A stretch of 63,580 nt of DNA, filler included, from Folioceros fuciformis (lineage: Eukaryota): the NCBI GenBank assembly GCA_049999805.1. It is 8 parts of 8 records of this genome, joined end to end, with 100 filler letters (N's around TTAATTAATTAA, not from the genome) between each part and the next. Parts side by side here need not be neighbours in the genome. Positions count along the whole stretch, not along the records: positions 1 to 10,040 come from JBNGIO010000998.1; positions 10,141 to 21,312 come from JBNGIO010000999.1; 6 more parts are not named here. One strand, written 5' to 3'. The position numbers were made by a program, and so were the translations under genes. Shown piece by piece: positions 1-12,903 of the stretch (its first letter is position 1; each line of letters opens with the position of its first letter). The notes under the pieces are model-generated. The model searched no databases. It was not told the DNA's origin and saw only the letters and a program-made list of their open reading frames with translations.

Positions 1-203
1 CCTTTGCATACTCATTATCCCGGGCAAATTCATGCCCTCCAATCCCTTTGCATACTCATTATCCCGGGCAAATTCATGCCCTCCAATCCCTTTGCATACT
101 CATTATCCCGGGCAAATTCATGCCCTCCAATCCCTTTGCATACTCATTATCCCGGGCAAATTCATGCCCTCCAATCCCTTTGCATACTCATTATCCCGGG
201 CAA
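1..203. repeat. Perfect 44-bp tandem minisatellite, about 4.6 copies, truncated by window start
   Basis: Unit CCTTTGCATACTCATTATCCCGGGCAAATTCATGCCCTCCAATC repeats head-to-tail with no spacers. It explains the repetitive ORFs 4..708 and 48..449. Confidence 0.97.
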
Positions 204-3200
204 CATGCTAGGCTTGCACAAAACACAAAACGTTGTGGACAACTTAGGTTTGGGACTACGATACGTACATGCAACCTACAAGGCACTTGTAAGTTTATAT
301 GGTATTACACAAACAAGGTGGGAGGCATTCTACAAGGGCTTCTCGGGTTTCTTACATCCCGTCATCTACAATGTGGTGTCCATGGGTTCTACAAGCCCTC
401 GACCAAGCAAACCTTCAACCTACACCTGCAGGGCTGTGTCCAACGTTGAATATGTTATGCAGACAGAAACGCAAACCACTGCCACACCCTTCATGACAAC
501 TTGCATTTCCACTCATCACATTCAACTTCCACATGTGGCTTACAACTGCACGGTGCAAGCTGCGACACACACTGCACCTGACACCTACAATGACATCTAT
601 ACTTACAATCACCATACAATCACCATCTATACACTACTCTTCCAACCCCTTATGACATGCAAGCCCCTCTGCACTCTGCACTCTGCACTCTGCATGTGCC
701 ATTTGTAGCGCAGTGTGCCACCCACTTTGTAGTGACAATTCTCATGGTCACTGTAGTCCACAGGGGCAAGCTAGAAGGTCATCTCTCTCTACAGGTCCAT
801 TTTGCAGGTGTGAGACAATCTGCAGGGACTATGTCTAAGAGCACCGCATCTTGCCACGGCAATCTACAAGTTCCGCTCTATTTGCAAGGGTTTACGCTGC
901 CTTCAACCTCAAATTCTATTACCTCATCATCCTCAAATACCCCTTGCACCTCTTGCCTCCCTGTTTTACTAGGAACACCAGCTGCCAGGCTATCTCAACC
1001 CAACACCATCCACGCAGTTTCACACTGCAGTCAGCACTGTGCCTCCACAATCTATACAATTCCTTAGGCAATCTGCAATGCCATCTGCAAGTCTCCCTCA
1101 GCAAAGAACAAAACCCATCCACCCCTACATTGCTAATGCTGTTGTTGAGGTTTGCACAGGAGTTATGCCTCTTCCACTGCGCATGCCCAGCAAACTCTAA
1201 CCACCATCGACATTAAAGCAGCAATGCAGCATGCACCAGTCTTATTCCTCACCCCATCAAGCAAGTCAATACTCCTTAGCGGTGGCATCTTCGGTGCCAC
1301 ATTCTATGCATATTGTGGGCCAGGCATAGCATACTCCTCTCCATCATTGTTCACTCCACCGTATGGAGGTGGCTGCACTAACCCCTGCAAACGTTTTTCT
1401 TCCTGGAAAGCAATTGCAGCATGACCAAGGATGTCCCGGTTTGCAGCTCTCATTCGCCGCACCCAACAACATGAGTGCAAAAGTTAAAGATGGAGAGGTG
1501 TGAGGGTTGGTACAGCGTTGTCAGGGTTGGAACAGAATTGCGATGGCAATGTGCAGCCAAGGGAGGGAGGTGAGCCCGAGGGGAGTGGAGGTGAGGATGG
1601 CGGCGGGGATGGCAAAGTCCAGCTTTGGGACAGAGGCTGGCCCAAGGGGGGTGGAGGCGAGGATGGCGGCGGCGATGCTAGAGTCCAGCCCTAGGAGGGA
1701 GGTAAGCGTAAGGGGGTTGGAGGCAAGGCCGGTAGCGATGAAGGCAATGTCCAGCCTAGGTGGCGAAGGCGGCGGGTCGAGGGGGTGAAGGAGAGGTCGT
1801 AGTCGGCCATGGTGGAGGGCAGCCTTGGTAGGGGTGGCGACTTCACCAAGGTGGAGAAGAGGCCACACATGGCCATGGTGGAAGGCAGCCCTGGCGGCGG
1901 CCGCAAGGGCTTGGAGGAGAGGCCAGCGACAATTATGGCAATGTGTAGCCCTGGTGGCAGTGGCAGCGGCGATGGAGGGTTCATGGAGGGGCAGGAGGTG
2001 GGGATGGTGTGCAAACCTGGAGGCATCACTATGGCAGGATGCAGAGGCCCAGATGTTGGGGCAAGCTACTGGGAGGCTGCACATGGAGGGGAGGCAGCCC
2101 ATGGAAGACGGACAGCCACCTTCACAGCAGCGCTGATCAGCGAAGGGGAGGGCAAGGAGTGCATTGGCATCGTTGACTCCCCCTATAAGGAATGCAAGGA
2201 AGGCCGTGAGACAATAGTTGCAGCGACAGGGACAGAAGGTGATGGTGCAACGCAGTTGCTGGAGGAGGCAAGTGCATTTGCAGAGGGGAATAGGGCATCT
2301 ACCATAGGTGAGGAGGATGGGAACACTGCGGGGGGCAATGAGGTTGGCAGCCCTGACCCTGCAGCAGTTGGGGAGGCAACACTGGAGGTGATTGGAAGCA
2401 TTGCTGGAGGGAAGTGGAATTGGGGAGTGGGACCTAGGCTGGGGAAGTCTCTGTATGATGCAGCAGGCCAATTTGTGCATTGTAGATATTTGGATGTGCA
2501 GCAGAAGCAACTATTGAACAAGAGGGTTGCCAAGCCCAGTTGTCACGGAGGGGAACGGAAAGCCATGTAGGCGGAGCTGGACGTTGTGGAGCGCAGCATT
2601 CAAGGGCACATGCAAACCAGCGTAGATGGAGGTCGGAGCACTCCTCAGAAAAGGGTGGGGCATGATGGTGTCTCGGGAGGGGAGGGTGGGCGAAGCTCTG
2701 GTTGCAGTGGGCTATAAGGGAGGAGTGCGAGGAAGAGGAAGGGGGCGCTCTCATACTCGGAGGCACCGTCCTCAGAGGAGGATGAGGAGGAGGCCGTTGC
2801 GCGCGTAGGGCCTGGAAGCGAAAGGGTCACTGCAACCCAACTTGCAGCACGGGGAGGAGGCCGCGGTGGCAGGAGCGCAACGCAGAAGTTGGCAGATGCC
2901 GTCCGGCAGTTGCACAGCAGTTTGGGCATGGTGGAGACATTGGATGGAATTGTGTAGAAGCCGAGGACGACCATAAAAGGAGGTGTGGCAGAAGTGGAGG
3001 TTGTGACTAGGGCTAGAGGAGCAGAGGGTTAGGACGGGGAAGGCAGTGGCTGCCAATTTTGAATGGTTCTGTGTTCATGTGTGTGCAGCCGGGAACATTT
3101 TGGTTTTGTGCTTAAGCTGCAAAGCTCGTTTCCCTGTAGCAGAACTTATGGTCATGTGACCTTTGAATTGAATGAAATGTGTGTTAAACTTTGGGACACT

Positions 3201-3652
3201 GAATTGTGTCCAAATCCTTGTTCACTTGATCAACTAGAAAGAGTTTGTGGGATGTAGGTTTGTGCACGTACCCCGATGCTCTGCAAAGGGGGTTGCAAAT
3301 ACTCTAAGGCAATATCCAAGTGCAGGATGTGGGCCTTGTAGTTTTGGATAATCAAAGGCCTGTGGCTAGCCTTCAGAATATCAATCACATTGCACTGAAG
3401 TTGCATACGCTTGTTGCAGACATATGAGGGAAGCTAACCTGGTTGATGTTGCAGTATGGTGTGGGTTGCAGCCACAGATGACACCCATGGCCTTGACAAG
3501 GATTGAAAGGGAGGAGGTTGAGTGTGGGCAAAGTGAAGGAACATTTTCGTAGAATCAGTACACGTAGAGGAACCCTTGGAACCGCAATGAGCACTGAACC
3601 CAATACATATGTAATGGAAGCCAATACAGCCTCTGATTGTATTGCAATACAG

Positions 3653-3888
3653 CCCTATGAACGCGTTTGTGGACAACGCATTCGTGGACTGAGGAGCAAA
3701 GATTGAGATTCACTGGAATTGCGAATCCTTCGTGCGCGGTACGTGCTTGCCTGGCCATGGTAGTGTTGCAAGCAACCCTATGAACGCGTTTGTGGACAAC
3801 GCATTTGTGGACTGAGGAGCAAAGATTGAGATTCACTGGAATTGCGAATCCTTCGTGTGCGGTACGTGCCTGCCTGGCCATTGTAGTG
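3653..3888. repeat. Tandem duplication, 123-bp period, about 2 copies
   Basis: CCCTATGAACGCGTTTGTGGACAACGCATT... starts at 3653 and 3776, near-identical. Confidence 0.95.
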
Positions 3889-4119
3889 AACCCTAAAATC
3901 CTTTGCTGAGCTAGTGCAGACCAATACTTGTCCGTCCGCTAAGCAAGTGCAAACGAACAGTCGTTCCTCCGCTGAGCAAGGGGGGAAAGGGGAATCCCTG
4001 AACCTGTATGAGCATGTTGAGCATGGAGGATTGGCGATTGGTTCGCCCGCTGAGCGTGCAAGAATGGTGGTCGTATCAGACACTGAGCGTGGACGAATGG
4101 TGGTTGGTTTGAAGGGGCA

Positions 4120-4191
4120 AAAAAAGCATAGGAAGAAGCTTTTTGCATGCAGAAACTAAAAAAAAGCATAGGAAGAAGCTTTTTGCATGCA
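4120..4191. repeat. 40-bp period direct repeat, 2 copies
   Basis: AAAAAAGCATAGGAAGAAGCTTTTTGCATGCA occurs twice. Confidence 0.9.
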
Positions 4192-6708
4192 AAAACTTTG
4201 TGAATAGCAAAGAAAAAGAGAAGGTGCCTAAGGAAGATTCTTTTGGTTTCATCGGTCCACTTTATGGAATACCGATACGAACAGGGGCGACGGTATACGG
4301 TGCAAAGATAAGAGACATAAAGTTTGTGCCCGCTTCGGTCTCGGACACAAAGTAGGTGTCCGATTGGGACACATACTTTGTAACGAAGAGTAGAGTAGCA
4401 TTCGTTTAGTGCATCGTATCGAGGAATGAATTGTCCCATCCAAGAAGCAAGTCGGGTATCCTCAACAACCGTTCTACACAAGGTGCTGTGGTGGAGAACA
4501 CAAAGCAGGCCCAGCCACTTACAACATCAGGTCTGATTCTCAACACCAGCCACCCTCCATGCGCCATGGCAAGAAGCGTGGTCCCTACTCCTGTAAATTT
4601 GGAGGTAATTCAGCTCCTGTTTGTACCTACTTCTAGCTTGAGAATCCTCATCCAATTTGCCAAAATCAGCACTGTAGGATTGGCCTACATGAGAGGCACG
4701 CAAACTGCACATCAAGCACGCCTACTCGTTCTACCCGATAAGACCAGATTCTCCACAACGAAGCTATCTCCACAACAATTTCCTCCGCATGCTACGCACA
4801 CCCCAGGCTCATGTTGTCACTCATGGCTGCGACACGATTTGGGGGCAGTTCTCCGGGGACTGAGCGCACTCACGAAATTTAGCATCTCTGCCGTATTGTC
4901 ACCTATTCAATAGCAAGCACAAGTTGAGCTTTAGCAGGCATGGAGGCAGGAGCAAGCAAAGCAAGACCAAGACAGGCTAGGCCGGGCATCGGAGCGCACT
5001 AGATGCCAGCACAATCAAAGTGCGCAGAGCACGTCCGCTCTCGTCCACAATTGGGAGCTCCCAGACGATTCTTTAAAGACTTTGTCCCTTTCAGTCCACA
5101 AAGAGTTAGAGATATTTAAAAAAAAATTCTGTATGGTATATACGTAGGGTTGGATGATGTGGCAAGGTAGAGTAAATCTACTCTATCTATGCGATCTACT
5201 CTACCTATGCCAATATATGCGAATATTCCTTAGATGCCATAGAATATTTGCATATAAAATACGTATTCCAACAAAAAAAAACATGAGTATGTAGTCCTGT
5301 TCCGCATCGTGTTTAAGCAACAAAGATAGAAGAAGAAAAATGTCGCATCCGTGTTTAAGTAACAATGATAGAAGAAAAAAAAACTTCGCACCTATGGTAG
5401 CTGGAGAAGTGATGTGGAGCCCTAAAATTCATATGTACAAGGAAGATTCTGAGGAATATTCATGTAAAGCATATGATTGAATAAAAAAACCTCATGGGAG
5501 ACAGTATATCCGTACAAATATTCCACAGTCTTGTCATTGAGGGGATTTTACTTTTTGATTCAACTAGGGATACAAGACAAGTCACATTTAAAGTAATGTT
5601 ATATGGTTAGGTCTACTATATGTATAAAACGGAGGATTAGTTACCATAGTCTTCAGGGTGGGCGACATGCATTGCATCACGGCTGTCAGCCATAGTCCTT
5701 ACTGATGCTAAGACGACGGCAATGTCGCTGACTTGGTACCTCACATCCACAACAACAGGCCTTCTTTATCCAGCTATATACGTATGTACAACGTCACACC
5801 ATCCCCAGGCGCACCTGGAGACAGAGGACGTCACGACGTCCGCTGTTCCCACGTCCCCCATTGGGCACTACCTGATACCGAGGCTGGGCATGCTGCCAAA
5901 CAATATACCAAGTGTACAAGTCCATGCAGAAGTCTGGTGTTTATGCGTTGGGAAGACGGTCACAACAACATCTTCGAATGATCCCGAAGATGGAGGCTTC
6001 ACGGGTAGTAGCATTCACTTCGGATGCACCTCAACCGCTGCCATTCCCTCATACTAAACTCGTGTGAGTTCTACTGCCTTCTGGTCGCTCTGTCGTGAGG
6101 TAAAGATCGTCCTCCCACGGCCCCGGTCGTGCAAAACTGCGAGAGATAAGACACAGCATCTCTGGAGATTGCTCCTCTCCACTGCTTGCTCCACCTTCCA
6201 TTCCAGTCGGGAGCCTAGTAAGGAATACTCAGGAGTGATGAGACTACGATAGTCAAGCTGAGGAAGAATGCCTTGCCGCGTCTAGGTCATGCGCAGCCGA
6301 GAGACGAGAGCCACGTCACGAGGACCGCACACTCTCGAACTGCTCTACCGGAAATCGTGTATTGCAACTGTACTGACAACAGTCGGGGACCGTGTACAAA
6401 ACCAGCTTGGATTGAAATTGAGCTTGCACGCTATCAGACGAGTCTAGCGGTGGATATAAACCTAAGGTTTATGAGCATGACTGTTCTCCGCTCCCGCTGT
6501 TTGCTGGGAATTGTGTAGGTGACGCGGTCGGGTTGCACAGCTCACAACAGATCCCGGGCTGTGGCCTCAATGGGTGGTCCACCGGCAGATTTGGAGTTTT
6601 ACTGAAGTCGATCGGGTGCTGAAGTGGGAGGAAGCTGCTCATCTCTGGACCGAGCCAGTGGGCGATGGATGGTGGAGTCCGAGCTGCAGCTCAGAAAACA
6701 GCATTGTG

Positions 6709-9157
6709 ATGGGCTTGACGTATCTTCTTCGAAGGACTTCTCAGCCCGTGGTGGCAGCTGTGACAATCAACCCTTCTGGCCCAATGCCTGCGCAGGAGGC
6801 TAGTACCAAAAGGGACTATCTTTTCATCGTCAATCCCAACGGTTGGTTCCCGTCTTCTCCACCTCTTCTGATGCCTTGAAGATCTCCTCATTGCCTCATC
6901 GCTTCCTTATCCTGCTCAGAAGGGCAAACCCAGCCCACGCGTGCTGTCTTTGTCTCGTTGCAGCCTCTTTCCTTTTCTTTTCTTTTTTTCTTTAGGGGAT
7001 TTTCGTACGGAATGAATTGGGCTGGATCCGTTTTCCAGAATCCCAAGCTGTGTGCTTGGCTGATGGTGGACTGTATGGACGTAGGTGCCAACGGGTATAC
7101 TGGGAAAGAATGGAAGCGCATTTTTCCCAAGCTCCAGTCCCGGTTGGGGAGTGACTGGAATGTGAGCTGTGGCAGACCCAATGCCTTTCGCCCGTAGCCA
7201 AGCTTGAAGTTCTTGCTGCCCGGCTCCTAACCTTTGCCATCTTTACTGCACTCAGGTGTGTCAAGCTTTTACGTCCGGCCCTTCCCATGCTGTTGAGATT
7301 GCTCGAGAGGTAAGGACATCCCCTCTCTTTCAACTGCCTTACGCGACGAGTGCTCATGACTGACCACGTTGCTTCTGGCATGGCCACGTCCTTGCTGCAT
7401 TGCTCATCGTAGGCAGTACAAGATGGAGCAGCTGCAGTGATTGCTGTAGGAGGTGATGGAACACTGCATGAGGTTGGTTGTTAACCTAAGATCCTAGCTG
7501 TGAAAAGTTCCATCTTAAGACATCAGGGAGGGGGGGCTCGTTTCGTCTTCTGCAAGGTTTGCTGTTTAGGCAATGAGTAGACATGTGAATCTACCCTGCT
7601 TCTTGATCAGGTGCTCAATGGTTTTTTTGCGGATGGCGAACTGGTTCAATCTAAAGAGCTATCTCAGCCTAGGACTGCTCTTGGGGTAAGACTACAAATC
7701 GTTAGCTGCATGCAATACTGAGACGTGTGCAAGGTAGGCGATGTATTTGGTTCGATGTGGAAAAGTAATTCCTGGATTTGACACTGCAGCTTATCCCATT
7801 GGGCACTGGCTCTGACTTTGCAAGAACCTTTGGCTGGTGTGTATCCTTCCCCTGGCTGTTCCTCTTGGGAGTACGCTTATGTGCCTTTTGAGGTGCTGGA
7901 TCTGTGGAATCTGGGCAAGCTCTTGATACAAAGGATTTGTCGACGTGGTTTGGTTTTGTCTAACAGGAAGAATGATCCCTATCAGGCCATTGACCGTATA
8001 GTAAAAGGTATGGAAAGTAGGATAGATTGGTGCGCCCATCAAGCTAGGTTTCTTTAACGTGCTTCTCCTGTCAACACGAGGGCCCTTGTTCCCGATGATA
8101 GCGAAACCTCCTGCAATAGAAAATATTTTGAACTTTGCCAATTGCTGAGATGTTGGAACCTGCTTTACAGGTCACCGGCGCAAAATAGATGTAGGTCGTG
8201 TTCTGTATGGCGATAATCTTGACCGTTACTTTCTGAATGTTGCTGACGTGCATTTGTAAGTTGGAGCTGTCCTCTTCCCCCCATGAAAAAAATGTTTGTC
8301 GTGTCAATGGCTGTGTGGCTGGAGAGTTCCTTGCATAGCGTGAATGGATGCATCTTAATGTTGGTTGGTGGCTGGAGAGTGACAGCTTCCATAACAATAT
8401 CGGTTGCAGGAGTGCAAAAGCCGGATTCTATGCTGCGAAATGGAAAAGGTTTGGCAACTTTTGCTACGTGATCGGTGCTCTGCAAGGGTTTGTTGGCCAT
8501 CAGAACCGGGACCTGAACGTCAGAGTAAGGCATCACTCCATAACGGATGGTGAATGAATACCCTTCCTTGTCAAACAGATTCTGATAGCATGTTTGCCGT
8601 GCTGACAACAGATAAATGGTGGAGAGTGGTACTTGATCCCCAAGGTAACAGCGATAGCAATAGGCAACGCACGATTCTTTGGAGGAGGGATGAAAATCAC
8701 TCCCACTGCAGATCCTTTCAGTGGTTCCTTGGAGGTACTGTGATCTCTTCCAACACCCCAGACTTCTTTTCCTACATGAAAGGCGGAGGATTGGAGTGGT
8801 TGCGTACTCAGCTGTGCGCTGTTGTGGACTTTCAAGGTGGTTACGTTGCGGAATTTCAAGTGGTACGATTTCGTTCTTCGGCTGTACAATCTGTACCAAG
8901 GAACGCATGTTCAACTGAAAAACGTGTCTGTGCAGAGGTATGTAGAAGTCGGTCCTCAGCACTGCTGTACACCTTGGGGTGGATGCCCTTCTCTCAACGG
9001 CCTTCTTGTTACTTGCAGTGTCCATACCATTGAGATAGAGGAGGCTGGTGACCATGCAAACCTAAGCGAGACGTTTGTGCAAGCGGACGGTGAATATTTA
9101 GGGTATCTGCAAGCCACATTCTCAGTTATTCCAGGCTGCGTGGACTTCCTGGTGTAG
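6709..9157 (+). CDS. LCBK2: Sphingoid long-chain base kinase 2-like (DAGK-catalytic/YegS family), 12 exons
   Basis: Manually spliced GT-AG exons (6709-6841, 7085-7161, 7256-7309, 7413-7472, 7611-7685, 7790-7836, ... last exon ending TAG 9157) give [88 protein letters not shown]. These are the diagnostic DAGK-family motifs. The start ATG is inferred. Confidence 0.92.
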
Positions 9158-9418
9158 CTTTCCTTCAGGCTCCCTCTCAGCGGCCAGGGCGGGGACACAA
9201 GTCCAAGGCCCAGATTGAGCTGCTGATGGTGGTGTACAAATAGTCTATAGCCGTTGCTGCTGGCTTCCCTCTGAATGCAGAACTGTTCACCTCACGTCTT
9301 AGCTGCGCATCGGCTCGATGAAGATCCTGCTGGCCATGGTTCCTTTCTGCTGCACTAGGCGGTACAGATCGAAGGGTGGCCAAGGACTGGTGAGTATCTC
9401 CACAGGGACAGGTAGCTG

Positions 9419-10040
9419 TTATCCAGGACTATTTTCTATTACGTTCCCCATTGGAACTGTTTCCAAAGCGAGGCGAGGCTCCCTGGACATGCGAGCTCTG
9501 GGTTGGTAGCACCGTGTGGAATACCCTGTAGGTTTTCTACACACTCTTCCGGCACGAGGCCGACTCCTGTACATATGTCGGGTAATGGATTTCGGTATCA
9601 CACCTCGATTTCGCTGTTCCCTTTCAAGCAGGTGAGGTCGAGCCAAGGCGAGCACATCCGTGAGATGATGCGGCCTGGGGAAGCGAGTCCGCTCCGGAGG
9701 CTGTCCAATCAACGGAGGCAATGGAGGCTCGGTGTCAGGAGCAAGGACAGTTCCAACGGCTGGTGGTGGCTCTGGCTCTCTCACCTCTGGCATTCGGCTG
9801 GCGGCCTCCACATTGCAGCTCCTGGCATAGACGCATCACGCATCACAACATTGATGCGGGCGGCCCAATCATGGCCATGGCCGCACCCAGCAACAGGTGT
9901 GTGCAGCACACATTGGAATGCAAGATCGGAGATGAGGTTGTTCGAACTTGCGCAGAGCGGTGCAGTCAAACTTCTCTTTGCTTCCTGCACGGATCTCCAC
10001 AGTTGCATACAAACGTAAAAGGTGAGCCGGTGAGGGAAGG
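9419..10040 (-). CDS. Possible 3' part of an unidentified gene, cut by contig end
   Basis: Pro/Arg-rich open frame ending TAA at 9419, preceded by a plausible GT..AG intron and an upstream open frame (KEKFDCTALRKFEQPHLRSCIPMCAAHTCCW). No family recognised. Confidence 0.3.
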
Positions 10041-10140
10041 NNNNNNNNNNNNNNNNNNNNNNNNNNNNNNNNNNNNNNNNNNNNTTAATTAATTAANNNN
10101 NNNNNNNNNNNNNNNNNNNNNNNNNNNNNNNNNNNNNNNN
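10041..10140. other. Artificial contig linker
   Basis: N44-TTAATTAATTAA-N44 (six-frame stop spacer), exactly 100 nt. Confidence 0.99.
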
Positions 10141-10491
10141 CACCCTGACCTTGCTCCTCCAACCTTCGGTTCTTGATTCCCTGGACAGCTGGTTCTCGTT
10201 CTGCCTCATGCTAACCTGTCTGCTCCAAGAGGGACTTTGGGCATAAACGCCCTGGTCTTATTTACCTACTAAGCCGATTCGCCTATACCTTCACAAAAAA
10301 AATCACAACCTGCTCATTCCGTCGCTCAAAATGGGGGTTCCGAAAGTTTTTTTCGTTCACAGCCTGTAATGAAATTTCTCACTCGAGTGATTTTATTTTA
10401 GAATGAACTCTCAATTGTGAAGTCAACGTCTAGATGTATGGTGGAGAATAGTGGAACTTTCTTAGTCACGTAGTACTCAGGTACATATGCT

Positions 10492-10676
10492 TAATGGAAC
10501 CACTCATGCACGTGAAGACAACATATCACTATCTCAATTTTCTTGGTCAAGTTTGAGGTTGCACCCAAAATGAGGCTCCTCAACCTAATGGAACCACTCA
10601 TGCACGTGAAGACAACATATCACTGTCTCAATTTTCTTGGTCAAGTTTGAGATTGCGCCCAAAATGAGGCTCCTCA
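10492..10676. repeat. Tandem duplication, 94-bp period, 2 copies
   Basis: TAATGGAACCACTCATGCACGTGAAGACAACATATCAC... at 10492 and 10586. Confidence 0.95.
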
Positions 10677-10899
10677 TTTACTGCAAGCCTAGTAAGCTAC
10701 CTTCCCTAGTTAGCCTAATTAGGGCTCTATTATGCATGTTGTCACAATTTTCATTGTTGGTTTGATGGAAAAATTGGACTATTAGAGTTACTCACAGTGC
10801 CTCCTTACTGCTTACCACTGTCCTGTAAATTGCTTTTGCTAACACCCTTTGTAGGATAATGAATACCCTGTAAAAAAAAAGGTCACAATACCAGATAAA

Positions 10900-11020
10900 T
10901 AAAGACCAACTTCATTCTTCCTCCAATGGTATATCTTAGAACAAGTCTTAAGAAACTTGGAGAATGTTTTATATGTGACAACACAAGTATAATATCAAAG
11001 GGGATGAAGATATATCCATG
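10900..11020 (-). mobile_element. Short degenerate fragment of the RLE-type non-LTR retroelement family
   Basis: AAGAAACTTGGAGAATGTTTT...GGGGATGAAGATATATCC resembles 19770-19845 (AAAAACTTGGAAAATGTTTT...AGGGATGAAGGTGTGTCT). Confidence 0.45.
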
Positions 11021-11230
11021 CTGGCTATCGAGACTAAGTGCCTTCGTACTTTTCTTTTGTAAAGAAAAATCTTTTATATATTTTAGAAAAACAAGATGGA
11101 AAACCCATCTACCTCTAGAGAGGAAGATATACCATGATAGGGATACCAGGGGCTAACCCTTGAAGCCTAATGACCCCTAGTAGCACCCACAACATCATGG
11201 TTTGAAAGGAGAATGGGTCTACCTACCACT

Positions 11231-11378
11231 GGAGTTGTTGACATCACCTCTCATGCTAACGTTACCATTGGAGTTGTTGACATCACCTCTCATACTAACG
11301 TTACCAATGGAGTTGTTGACATCACCTCTCATGCTAACGTTACCATTAAAGTTGTTGACATCACATCTCTTATTAACG
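11231..11378. repeat. 39-bp tandem repeat, about 3.8 copies
   Basis: GGAGTTGTTGACATCACCTCTCATGCTAACGTTACCATT repeated. Confidence 0.95.
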
Positions 11379-12045
11379 CTGTTGTCCTGTATATGACATT
11401 AGCCAATGCTTGCTATAAGGCAATGTAAACCCTCTGCCCACCCTCTGCCCAAAGAACACTACAACACACAAAAGAGCAAGACCAAGCCCATTTTTCCTCC
11501 TATAAACCGCCTTGCGCAGGACTTTAAAAAATTAGAAAATGCCTTGCACATAATCCTATGGGTCTCAATGGCAAGGAGGATAAAGGTGTATCCAACCAGC
11601 AGAGAGGTGTACTTGTCAACCTTGGCTGATGCGTGTACTTGTCAAACTTGACCAATGCGTGTACTTGTCAACCTTGGCCGATGCGTGTACTTGTCAAACT
11701 TGACCGATGGGTGTACTTGTCAACCTTGGCCGATGCGTGTACTTCTCAAACTTTCGATGCGTGTACTTGTCAACCTTGGCCGATGCACTTCCCTCTGTTG
11801 CCCAACCTGGAGAGTTGAGGACAACATGTTTGCAGACTGTGACCTATATGGGATCAATTACAACCATGTTAGCAATAAAAACTTGGTGACCTCCTTGGAT
11901 AAGGAAAAGGTTAACTCGAAGAGAAACAACATTAAGTAGAGTGTATGGGTGCTCCATATAAAGTAGAATAGCATAGCAACCTATTGAACATCAATTGGGT
12001 AACGGACAAGATGAGTACCAAAGTTGTCTAATAGCATGCCCTACA
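11375..12045 (-). mobile_element. Non-LTR retrotransposon 3' remnant (CCHC knuckle + restriction-like endonuclease, CRE/R2-type)
   Basis: Collinear with 19625-20190. Minus strand gives LDNFGTHLVR, ASAKVDKY and FILLAIETH. Frameshifts and stops present. Confidence 0.7.
11607..11786. repeat. 26-bp tandem repeat x7 with alternating variants (52-bp higher-order unit)
   Basis: GTGTACTTGTCAACCTTGGCCGATGC alternates with GTGTACTTGTCAAACTTGACC[A/G]ATG[C/G]. Starts at 11607, 11633, 11659, 11685, 11711, 11737, 11761. Confidence 0.95.
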
Positions 12046-12903
12046 ACTACAACTGCAAGAGAAGAGAGAGTAGGCCAAAGGTTGGACCAAACCAAAACAA
12101 TACCTTATTGCACGAGAGAATGTCATTGTTGTAAATGTTTTTGATAATAGATACTAGCTTCATAACAACTATAAAGGGTCGTGTTTTATGTCGCGTTATA
12201 TCTTGGAGTCGTATCTTCTCCTGCACATCACCATGCAGGAAAAGCTGTGGCAAGCATTGTGCACAGCATATCATCCAATAGACTGTAATCAGTCCCAGAT
12301 TTAAACGGGACACCATTTTGTCAATGACAAGGATTGGGACAAAGCGTCGTCTCCCCTTTATCTCCACCAACAGCAAAAAGGGGTCTGAACCCAGGCCTAC
12401 CAGACCAGAGCTTGGAACGCTCGGCTCAGATATGTTTGTCTATCAGGTGGTGTCGAATGAGGTTTGGGGCAAGCTTTTGCCTGTCTTTGATGACCAAAGG
12501 AGATGTGGTCACTGTATGATGTAACCTATCAAGGGCCGTACTCCTCGGCGGATGCCAAGGCCTTACTCACAACGGTGAGATGGGTCCCGATTCCATATTC
12601 CAGAAGGATTCCGCAGTTCCCTGGCAGAACCGTGGTGGGTTCCTGGACTTTTCCAAGTGCCTCAGGTGCGCCGAGCTGTGTCTACAGTCTGCACATGCCT
12701 GCCAAAAAGGATAGGCAGGCCCAAGGATGACGCCACGGGCATCGGTCCATTTACTTGTAGAACTGTCTTGGGCCCATCCCTGGGCCAAGGGCCTGTCATG
12801 TTTGCCGTAAAGCCCATCTTCACTTTCTCCTACCCGCTGTCTCCATGCAGGTAAGAGTAGGGGCGACAGCGTTGACAAGACGACGGGGCTCCAACAGGCA
12901 GTG

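Larger units (their letters stand above)
2940..5510 (+). mobile_element. Unclassified dispersed repeat (decayed transposable element), probably extending left to about 1440
   Basis: 2945-3640 and 5350-5510 match the reverse complement of 44030-45090 and 43430-43600 on another contig (e.g. GGAGGTGTGGCA[G/A]AAGTGGAGG; GAATATTCATGTAAA..ATATGATTG). Translations match (SRTYGHVTFELNE vs TRTYGYVTLEMNE). No intact ORF. Confidence 0.6.

Noticed and set aside
1-203. CRISPR-like array or repeat protein
   Set aside because: Units are contiguous with no unique spacers, there are no cas genes, and the context is eukaryotic. A 44-bp period just cycles through reading frames.
1521-2570. Overlapping ORFs on both strands (329 aa and 253 aa) as genes
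   Set aside because: Low-complexity G-rich repeat-derived sequence with no domain, adjoining a dispersed repeat.
8165-9055. 296-aa minus-strand ORF, initially suspected to be a retroelement
   Set aside because: It lies antisense to LCBK2 exons and has no recognisable motifs.
11231-11786. CRISPR-like 39-bp and 26-bp arrays
   Set aside because: No spacers. They are simple tandem amplifications, and the 26-bp one derives from a LINE remnant.
12240-12900. Small plus-strand multi-exon gene (WSLYDVTYQG...GFLDFSKCL, EF-hand-like) antisense to the PPR 3' end
   Set aside because: Some splice-like signals, but I could not build a consistent start-to-stop model.
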